A DNA stretch of 63,661 nucleotides, the filler included, from Kipferlia bialata (Eukaryota): the NCBI GenBank assembly GCA_003568945.1. It is 3 parts of 3 records of this genome, joined end to end, with 100 filler letters (N's around TTAATTAATTAA, not from the genome) between each part and the next. Parts side by side here need not be neighbours in the genome. Positions count along the whole stretch, not along the records: positions 49,891 to 63,661 come from BDIP01000228.1; 2 more parts are not named here. The stretch is one strand, 5' to 3'. This document shows, in pieces, positions 53,212 to 63,661 of the stretch; within the stretch, counting starts at the first letter, position 1; each line of letters starts with the position of its first letter. Below the pieces are notes generated by a model that saw nothing but the letters and a program-made list of their open reading frames with translations, was not told the origin of the DNA and did no database searches. The position numbers were made by a program, and so were the translations under genes.

Positions 53212-56200
53212 CTACCACCTGCCCTCGTTCTCTTTCAACCTCCTCCGGCGCTGTTTTAGCCACCCCACCAGATCCTCGCTGTGTGCAGGTACAAACACCC
53301 TCACAAACTCAGTCAGTACACCTATGAACACCTCCTCTCTCTTGACCCGTGTCCTCATGACCACATTCAGAGAGTGCTTGTCCAGGGTGTCCAGGTTGCC
53401 CAGACACACGTTGGCACCACTCGTTGCTGCAGGCCCCAGGCTAGACCCACCCAGGTTGGGGAGTGTGGTCTTGGATACAAGAGAGGGCTCGAGACTGTTG
53501 GACGTGTACAGCTGGTGGAGCCTTGGACACATGTTCTGAAGGGTCAAGAACCGCAGATTGCCCTGGGATTAGATGGGTAGTGGCGGGTAACTATAATCGG
53601 AATGTTGGGGAGAAAGTACGTATGAACAACAGTGCGACATACACATACATACCTTGGTCACGCCCATGAGATAGTCTATCAGGGCATGGGTGTTCTCGTC
53701 CTTGGCACTCCTGTGGGACCAGGCCTGGGGTCACAATAGGTATGATTGAAGACTATAACTATGCTTGGTTCCAAGCACCAGTATTTGCCATGATACACTG
53801 ACAGCGTATACATATATGTGTACCTCATGTACTTGGAATGCTGCGTAGTAGTGCCACTGCCTGGCCATGTGCAGTACCCCACTCAGCATGTATCTCAGAA
53901 TGACACCCGACACCGTCTTGGGGCCTGGGTGAGTGATATTGCCATATCAACTATACTATAAACACAGAACAATATACCTCACTGTGTGTGATATATGAAT
54001 CCATGTAGAGTAGATATAGTTCCGTGAATGCATGTTTCCATTAATATCTACAAGCACAGTGGAACACTACCCCTCACCTGGGTCACTGTGCCTGATGTAC
54101 AGTCTGTCCACACCAGGGTCATCCACCTAGGGGTCAGGCTAGCTATAAGCAGTGAGTATACTGACATGCTCTACTTACCGGGAGGAATCTAGCTAGCTGT
54201 TCTGCCAGTGTCTCATGGCTACCCCCTGTCCCTACCATAACATCAGCGGTTAGGGTTCGCCAGCCTGACATGTTAGTGTATACTGTTAATGTGTATCTGT
54301 AAGTATATATTTGTCAATATATACTGTTGGGGTGGGAGACTCCAAGAGTGGTACACTCATATACTCACTCTCTGCACACTACTAGAACACATAGGGACGC
54401 TTGTACAGTAAGAAGTGTCATGCAGGTATTACTATACACAATACATTACGTTATACTCATGACAGGTGGGCCCACTCACCAGGATAGTAGGGGGCAACCC
54501 TGACTATGCGCTCCAGTAGAAGGAATATTGAGGTTGAGTGCTCTGTCAAACAATCAGACGTGTCACTGGAGTGAAAATGGAAGGTTATCAGTAATTGACA
54601 GTGAGTGGCCTATGCTACATAATACCTTGCCCTGCATCTGCACACCATGTAGTATATACTCAAGTATAGACATGGTGGTTACTATATATATATAAGTATA
54701 TGAGTCATATAGTATATGACCCTCACCTCTCCCCTGTTCTGTAGACCATGGCTATGGGATGGTTAGAGAATACCACCATCATGTCACTCAGTTGAGGTCT
54801 GTCCACGTGGATGAAGAAGGCTGGGGTGGGAGAGATGGGTATACTCATTAACAGAGAATACATGAGGGCCAGTATGTATATGGAATGACGGAGTCAAATG
54901 GATATGACGTGATTGGCGTATGACAACAATTGGTCAGACCGTGGTTCATAGGTATGTGCATGTATGAATAGTAGTCAGACACCGCCCACCTCCCACGAGC
55001 AGAGCCAGACACACTCCATCTGTGAACCAACTACCCTCTCCACGCATCCTATCGAGGAACCTGTAGGTCAGTATACTCACGTATACACACACTATATATA
55101 GTCTATATGTATGTATCTGAATGTAAAGGAGGGGGCAAAAAGAGAAAAGACATTGTTACGTCACTACCAGAAGAGAACCATACGGTAGCCTGGGAATCGC
55201 GTAAGAGAATATATAATGATACCTGTTCAGAAAGACTAGCATCCCAATCGTGTAGGCAGGACATATTATGTGGTACTCGGGTATCAAGGGCTCTCCTGCG
55301 AGAAACAGCCTAACCAGAGCCAGTCTAGCGTCGCCTTCTATCAACCCAAGGCGGTCGACTGATCGTCAGTGGCCGAGTGAACAGTATATATGACAGGGTA
55401 CAGAGCTATAATACCCCAGACACTCGTCATCGTGGGGATCCATTCGTAGTGATGATCACTGAGTGCATACTGATAGAAGAGGGAGAATGCCACTTCAAGT
55501 CATATATCATACATATCACTATTGATACGACTATCATTGGTGCAAATACCTATTTGAAGTGCAACATGAGATACTGGGAAGGCATCTCTCTCCCTCTCAC
55601 ACCATGTTGACGTCTGAGTCCGCCCTCTCACGACACTGGCATATGAGTGGTTGTATTGTAATACTAGGAACTCAATACAAGGACTGAACACTGTCTCAGA
55701 ATACTCTCTGAATTCTGAATGTATCAAAGTGACAATGTATCTATAAGTAGAATGAAATGACTGCTGGTATACCGCTATATGCATACCCTTCAATACTTCC
55801 CCACATATCGTCGTGACTCTCCAACCAGCATCGAGCATTGTCAAGGGATGGCACTGGTATGTCCATGGCATTGGCAGGTAGGAAGGGGCGCACCTGATGG
55901 GCAGTGGCTGCCGCCGCTGCTACTAATGTGAGGCTGTGATACTGCACTGAACTAGATGACTGCCTGAAGCTGCAGAAGGATATATGACCTGACAGCATAA
56001 TGACAGTGTCCACAGCTGCCATGCATATACAAATCACATGCATGACAATGAGTTGCAGAGACCGCTATATACATATATGATAGTAATATATATGTCAATA
56101 TACATATATATATGATAGTAGGGTCTCACCGCTGCCAGGGTCGTCTGACTCCATGTGCATCTCCCTCGGCATAAGCTCCACACGGCCAACCTTAGCATTA

Positions 56201-59200
56201 GTACCAGTATATACACTAGGACAATTTCTGGGATATAACTACACATAGGCTGGCACTGATATCTACTTGCCTTAGTGCGACTGGAGATGTAGTATGACCC
56301 ATAGAACTCAACGAACCCCTCCTCGTTGGGGTACAGTGGATAGAAGAACCTGTGTCAGTGGAAGGCCATTGCATTTGTGGAGTATCAGTGACACTGAATC
56401 AGTGTCACAGGAGTATCTCACCTCATGTGCCATATTATATATATATATATATAAATACACACATATATATTAATACTTACTATATGGATACTTATATATA
56501 CACTCATCACTATCTCACCTCCTGTGCCGGATTGGACCCTCCCATGTAGAGTTGGGAGCAGTCAACTTAACAAGAGTGAGCCCTGGGGTGAATAGAATAC
56601 TAGTGGGAGCCTATGCATGACCCAATACTGTATGAGAGAGGATTCAGTATCCATATCATTGATATGGACCGTATCAACCCACAATACACCAGGTATACAG
56701 TGTAGTATCTTGTGTATACTATACACGAGTTACTCTGTGTGGCTACCACATATACTCTATCTATGCTTCCTATTGGTCATCTACTACTATAACCTACCCT
56801 GTGAACCCTCCATGGCATATTGGTCAGCAAGCTCTGCCTTACTAGGCGCCGCATACGGAGGGGCGTCCATGGCAATTCTGCAGATGAGATAAGTCTTTTC
56901 AAAAGTAACCCACCAATGGGGAAGGCTTTCTAACGGGTGTACCTATGTAAATATCAGATCTGTATATATCTGTATGTATCAGATACATCTGTATATACTG
57001 CCTCTTCTATGCCTATATATACCTGAAAGTCTCCGAGAGGTGCAGGTCATCAGGGCGGTTTAGAATTCTAGCTGAATGTCAGATCAAGGGATATATACAC
57101 TGATTACAAACACCTCTATGGCGTCAAGTTCAGACAGTATAAGAGCAACCCACCAGTTAGTGCTGGGGATACCACTCACTCTATCTATCTATCTATCTAA
57201 CCTGTCAGGCCGTCTTTGGTTGTGTGTGCGTCTGACAGTGTCAGAGTGTTGATAGCCCAGTGTGTGTACCTGAGGGTTATATGGGGCTATTTTGGGTAAT
57301 GATAAATACAGAGGCATCTATCTAGGTATAAGCATGTATAGATATGCATGTGCATGCAGTGCTTGAATGTCTACATACATATATTTACATGTACTCACGG
57401 GTTAAAGAAGTCGTCCTGGGTCCCCTCCGTCCTGTCCCTGTCCACTATGTAGCAGGGCAGGGGGTGGTGCCTCAGACGCCAGAGAGGGTGGTGCCGCTGG
57501 AGGTCATATACTGTCCTGGTGACCAGACTAGTCCGAAGGGCACTGGAGTGAGACAAACACTGGGCTGTTATAGTATAGAAACTCTCTTCACATCAGAGCC
57601 TACCTTAGATGGTGTCTTGTTCTGATTAGTGGATGCAGACCGGCCTCTGACAGCACAGTGAGTATGTTGCTGTATGGACTCTCTGCATGCAGAGGCCTCT
57701 TTGGGGTATCAGCCACAACCTCATCCATATCCATGGAGTCACAGGACGAGGTGGAGGTTCGCCGCCACCTACAGTATCAGACAAGTCAAGCGCTGTGCAT
57801 ATATACAGTACCTATATATGTATGTGATATTCAGTCTATACATAGTAGCATATGGGACGGAAGTCTCCGTATAGTGTCAACATGCTGGAGTACCCTCTCT
57901 CTCATCAGTATTGTGCGTATATGGTACTAAATATATATGGTTCAGTGTGCCTCACACAAACAAGGTCAGTGCTATACCCTTGATACTTCCATACCTACTT
58001 GTCCCTGCCAGCACAGTACCCTCCACCCTTGGTTGGTGGTCACTGGAGCTCAACCTGAATGCGTTAGCAGTATACATATATATACAATTATGTGTCCAAC
58101 TCACACAATTAGCTGATATACTGTCTTCTTACCCATTGATGTCCTCGAGGATGGTGTCCTCTATGTCTGTGGGAGTCTCCAGGGCACAAGCCTGAGCCAT
58201 GCTACAGGATGCTGAAGTATTGGAATATATATGCTGAAGTATTGATACGGATACTGATAATGCCCATGCTGCACGATGCATGGTACTAGACTCATCATCA
58301 AATACACATACTCTCTTGGGTCACATCAACTGTCACATATAGTATGACAACTGTACACTGTAGACCTACATGTACGTACTTGCTCTACTATGTGGCAGGG
58401 ACGGCGGCTTAAGGGAGCTCCGGATACTGTCTACCGACAGTCGTCGCAGCCTACTGCTAGATGACCCAGATCCAGGTGTGTGTGTGGATATGGCGCCACT
58501 TGTAGGCCCATACCCACTGCAGGGCCTGGCACCTGGTGGTCAGTGTACAAGGATACGTATCATATCAACCACTGAGAATTGTATAGAACAATGAAATCTC
58601 ACAGAGTGTCAGCTTCATGAGTAGCCCTGTATGGAGAGGGGTATACTAATAGTGTCTGGTGTTACCTGAGTATTGGGGGGACTCCAACAGTGTGAACTCC
58701 TCTGGGACTGTCCACTGATCACCCTGGTGGATCAAGGAGCTAAAGCCTACGGTATCAGTATGAGTAGGAGTCTAGGGGTAGGAAGGGAGCTATAGTACAG
58801 TATACACTCATAGTACACATGTAAGCAGTGCTCAAATTGGGGGTGAATCTGTTAGCACCGTACCTCTATCGTACTTCTCCTGTGCCGCCTTGAGTCTTGT
58901 CAGCAGAGCTGATCCCAGGTTGCCACTCTTAAAGCATGCAAAGAAGGCCAGACACAGCCTAGGGTTAAGCACAGCAAAATTGTATCTTCTCTCATACAAA
59001 CACAATTACCTTGATAGCACAGTCAGTTCTGTCTGCAGCGCTATGCCGTTCTGCTGCACCACCAGCAGTGACACTCTCACGGGCATCTCCTGCCACAAGG
59101 AGTCATTGAACATGGCCCTGACCACTCTCCTGCACCGTGAGATGCAACAGTACCATACTCTAGTAGTATATAGTTTAGAGTACAGTAGGGTCGTGCATAT

Positions 59201-60923
59201 ACACCAGACTTCCACCCACCAGAACATCCTGAGTCTGACTGACACCAGGTGTGAGTGCTCATCCAAGGGTTGGACCGATGCCACAAACCCAGTGTACTCG
59301 GGGAGACTGTCCATAGCTGGGGTTACAGGTACATCACATATGTGTTATCACAATTGGTATATCTGAACACACACAGAGGACTAGGTACAGTGTTATGTTT
59401 ACCCTCTTGATAGTGTGCCCCCATGTTGAAGTGATACTCCTCGGTCAGGTCCCTCATAACAGTGGCTATGTACAGCGGTGTCACACTGTTCTTGATGCAG
59501 AACAGAAAGAGGACCGATGACCCCAGGGTGTACTCGAGGACTCTGACGCTGTGCCAGAGGGTAGAGAGGCAGCCTGACAAGAACACACTCTCCAAGGCTG
59601 CAGTGAGAGTCCAGGTGTTAAATATCTATATCAGAAACACCTGTTGCTTGCATTCCAGCCCTACATCCAACTCCCTGTTTAGAGTTAACCATGGCACCTG
59701 CTAGTATAGCTGTCTTGAAGGGTACTATGCCCCTGACCCCCTCCGTGCCGAGTGGTCTGATGCACAATGGGCCCAGGGCTGAGATGGCCTCATGGGTCAA
59801 TACTCGGTTGGTGCAACTGGGGTGGGTGGAGGGTATTGACTACACTCAAACCTGTATTACATGTATTAGTAAACACAGTATATATATACACATCCAGCAA
59901 CTATACTCAATACCTCTCTGCCTCAACCAGGTATGCAGTCATTACCACACTCCCTATCCCAACCAGCCATGATGTGATATCCACAGGGTGGCATATGCAG
60001 TAGGTGCAGAGGCCTTTGATGCTACTTGGAGTCTGATCCTCCTGGACACTGGATAGCATCCTTGGACATAAAGGTAGTACCTGTTGTCATAAGGTGGTCG
60101 AAAGAGTGCCACAAACACGGGTACACCCCATATTTGAGTGTATAGGAATAAATACTTATGTATATATATATATAACACTCTAGTCGATTCTCATATTCCC
60201 ACTACAATTGAGAGGCACTCAGCACTTACCAGACATAGCCCTTGACAAGAAGTACCCCCCAGAAGCAATGGTGCATCATACTCTATAGAATACTATATAC
60301 TATGTAGCAGAGAGGACATTGATGAATGTGTTTATACATGAGCAGAGTCAGAGTACTCAATATACACAATAAGGGAGTCATACCTCTACAGCACTCCCTA
60401 CTAGAAGCAGCCAGCATAGCACCCTATGCACATCCAGTGCCCTGTCCCTATGCACACTGGGCAGGTTGATACGACATATACCCCTGACAGTAAGAGATTC
60501 TCTCTCTCTTAATGTTGCCCGGAGATATATTTGATATATCAAAACATATGAAACCATGTAACAGTAGTGTTCAATCCGCTGTATCACCTCAGCGCTGTCA
60601 AGGGCGGGTAGAGGAGTGCCAAGTGGAAGGTTTGTCCTAAGAAGTGCACCAAGAGAAAGGCACATACTGTGAGTTAGATATGCTTTCGTAGTGCCATGGA
60701 TAGAGCCAACAGCAACGATAGGGAGTGCAGTAAGCAATATGTGTCGGTATACCACAATCAGTATAAAGACAAACTGAGTCTTCCCCCATATCAACTGTTA
60801 ACATGTCTACAGTAGCAATCACGCATCAGATATAGTATAGACATGGAGGGTAACTTCATAGACCCATACTTACATGAGTGTAGCAGATAGAGGTACACAG
60901 TTCGCCTGTTGCACGTCGTCATG
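53212..60923 (-). CDS. Run of short-intron coding exons of unknown function; probably two genes, split near 55240-55430
   Basis: Many consecutive in-phase exons with canonical branch point/acceptor signals, e.g. ALESVFLSGCLSTLWHSVRVLEYTLG..., AMDSLPEYTGFVASVQPL..., FFYPLYPNEEGFVEFYGSYY..., AWSHRSAKDENTHALIDYLMGVTK|GNLRFLTLQNMCPRLHQLY. No family recognised; boundaries approximate. Confidence 0.55.
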
Positions 60924-61479
60924 CCTTCCTCTCTCTCTCTCTCTCTGCTACTCACTCTCTAGCGACTTATGAGATGATAAGTGTGTGTGAGAGAGAGAGA
61001 GTGGGGCATGGACAGCAGATGCGAACCTCAGGGGTGGATGAGGGTATCTATACACTGTAACTGCAGTGTGATACCCACATACTCAGGAATGCTTTCGCGT
61101 CATAAAGGTCACTCTAAGAGGGTGGTAGCGGACCGAGGGTCGCACCAATAGAATCCCATGACTCTCTAGAGGCTTGGTATGAAACACAAGAGAAGAGGAT
61201 AGACTGCAATCAATGATGATACGACGTTTGGACGTCTGAAGAATGCAAAGGGTGTTCCTGACTCTACTATTATATTAATACCTTCTCACCTTCATACACA
61301 GTGTGCTGTGGCAATCATCACATCGCGTGAGACCCAGTGCTTCTATACACTCCCTCGTGGATAGTTAGAGGTCTCTATTGAGTGTCTGTTGACGTGATCT
61401 AGGGACCATCTTCGGTAGTAGGGTCAAAGAGAGTGAGGGAAGGGGGACTGGACTCTAGCAGAGGCAGGGAGAGAGAGAG

Positions 61480-63211
61480 ATGGTGTGGGATGCCTTCCGG
61501 GTGTGTGTGATGAGGGATGTCAAGGACCTGGCTGGGTTCTGCACCACCAAGGCCAAGAACCTGGAGAGGTATGGGATGGCACTTGATAGGATCACCTCTT
61601 TCACTCTCACTCCCCTATATGTGATGGGACGTACACCCACCCTATGAACCACTGAGTCAAATACCCACTGACACTACAAGATGCCCCTCTCTTTGACTTG
61701 TCTCTCTTCCCCCCCTTCTCTCTCTGTCTCCTCCCCCCTGCATCTATCACTTTCACGCTGTCAGTCTGACACTTACCACTGGGATGTATGATTCACTATT
61801 GTGCTCATGTCACACGCATAGATATACTAGAGGGCTCTTTTCTCCTATCTCTCAGTGTATATGTGTGTATGGGTTTAGTATTGTCTCACCCAGGGCTGTC
61901 CTGGTCATATCCCCAGATGGCCGCATCATTGTGTCCCCACAGACAGAGGTGTGGCATATATGTATATATATGTGTGTGTGTGTATATGTATGTATATATC
62001 CACATTATGATGCATGTATAGCTACTTTTTCTCTCTCTCTCTAAGAGTTTAACCATTGCTCCTGGTTTGTACCCAATTGGAGTCAGCATTACTCTCTCTC
62101 CCCTTGCACCCTTACTCCAGGCTGCCCCTCTTGATGTCAAGATGAGGGGCATCTCTCTCTCTCTCTCTCTCCCCTTAGACCCTTACTCCAGGCTGCCCCT
62201 CTTGGTGTCAAGATGAGGGGCAGTGTGTCCCACTCACACACGGACAGAATGGCGGGGGGGATGAGCGAAGGTATCCACAAGTGTATGTATACATCTCTGT
62301 CAGCTCATGTGTCATTCATAGTTGTATACATGGGAGTACTTGTGATATATTTATTATACATTAGTACAGGTGCAAGGAATGAGAGACAGTTGTAGATTGT
62401 CCTGTAACTGTTTCTGTGTCTCTGTGTGATGTGTTATCATCCACTGTGTCTCCAATACTCCCAAAGGGAGCCCATATTAAATTCTTGTGTATATATAGTA
62501 TTCCTATTCATATATATATCTCTCTCTCTCTATATCTGCATATCTATATATATGTCAATCTATATATACACACATTGATACATCTCCCTCACCCACAGAG
62601 AGGGCGTCAGGCATCAGTGCTGTTGTGCTGGATGGACAGGTATGCATACCCAGACACCATTGTGCAAATACCTATGATATATATCATAAGTCTATACACA
62701 TTCTATATATGTTTTGTTATTTATTCAATTTCACATATATACGTGTGTGTGGACATATACCCTCCCACCCAGGACCTTGCGAAGTGTTTCTAACGTATGT
62801 AGATGTACACACCTCTTTATATATCCCTCTTATATGGATTGACATTCCCACTCCAGGACCTTGCGAATGCACAAGCACCAATGTATACATATTATATATA
62901 GATATATATATATGATTAGTGCTTGATGGACTCACCCCAGGACCTTGCCAAGCGTGCTGGTGCCAAGGCCATGGAGATTGGCATGTCTCTGTACAAGAAG
63001 GTGTATAGCTATAGACATATATATATGTATTCTACTATATACATATGCTGCTAGGTATATTAAGGCCATGGAGATTGGCATGTCTCTGTACAAGAAGGTA
63101 TGCGTGTATGTATATACATATATATGGATATGAATGCTACCATATAATGACGTGTATACTCTCACTCTTAGGAAACCAACGCTGCCTTGCCCCTGGCCAT
63201 GTTTGCAGCTA
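61480..63211 (+). CDS. 5' part of an unknown multi-exon gene, probably truncated at the window/contig end
   Basis: MVWDAFRVCVMRDVKDLAGFCTTKAKNLER|AVLVISPDGRIIVSPQTE|AAPLGVKMRGSVSHSHTDRMAGGMSE|...|DLAKRAGAKAMEIGMSLYKK|ETNAALPLAMFAAR, with GT-AG junctions and stuttered junction copies. Confidence 0.6.
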
Positions 63212-63611
63212 GGTAGTAGTATGTAGTATATGGTAACCTTTGTACCCCATTGTTCTGTGCTATGCGGTTTGTACATCAAGTGCAGTTGTATATTATTACC
63301 ATTCTAGAGTGCTTGCTCATGTTTTATTGTTACATTCTCTCTCATCTTATATTGTAACATTCTCTCTTTTTTTCTCTCTTTTTTTTCTCTCTACTAGCTA
63401 TTGATACCATTTGATTCTTATCAGAGTCGAGTCCTATCTCATCCTTCCCCTTTTCCCATAGTATTCTACTTATATCCATTATGGTGTCTGATAGTATCTT
63501 GTCCATTGTGGTGTGTACGATCGTTAACCACAGGGTTGGCATCAGTGTCGAGTCTTGTCTCATTATGCCCAGCAAGCGGAATAGACGGTCAGAAGAACAC
63601 GCGTACGTAAC

Positions 63612-63643
<32 letters not shown>

Positions 63644-63661
63644 ACCCCTCCCCTCTCCATC

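Noticed and set aside
2171..63610. Most ORF-track entries (YIYI, SLSL, ERER-rich ORFs and antisense ORFs over 46.5-49.7 kb)
   Set aside because: They are translations of microsatellites or shadows of real exons.

Overview
Intron-rich eukaryotic (protist) genomic DNA. Inference from splice signals and composition: a fornicate/metamonad such as Kipferlia. Introns are GT-AG with the branch point sitting next to the acceptor (CTCAC/CTAAC/CTGAC, then a few nt, then AG) and are full of (CT)n and (TA)n microsatellites. The window is three contigs joined by artificial N-TTAATTAATTAA-N linkers (24932-25032, 49791-49890). Most ORF-track entries are microsatellite noise, so I assembled the genes by hand-splicing. 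Identified genes: a GH25 lysozyme; a ~17 kb secreted Kelch/Cys-rich membrane protein; Nup50/Nup2; the DPM3 C-terminus; Prp17/CDC40; a TMEM33-like membrane protein; an LRR (RanGAP-like) protein; the 3' half of a class I HDAC; an orphan protein with a duplicated novel domain; a 3.5 kb single-exon Ig/filamin/invasin-like repeat region; a rhomboid protease; and several unknown genes. The main unusual signal is that many introns are built from tandem partial copies of their own exon junctions (branch point + AG + exon start, or exon end + GT). Several of these intronic copies differ from the real exon only at synonymous codon positions, which suggests they were under coding selection and that exon edges are being recycled.
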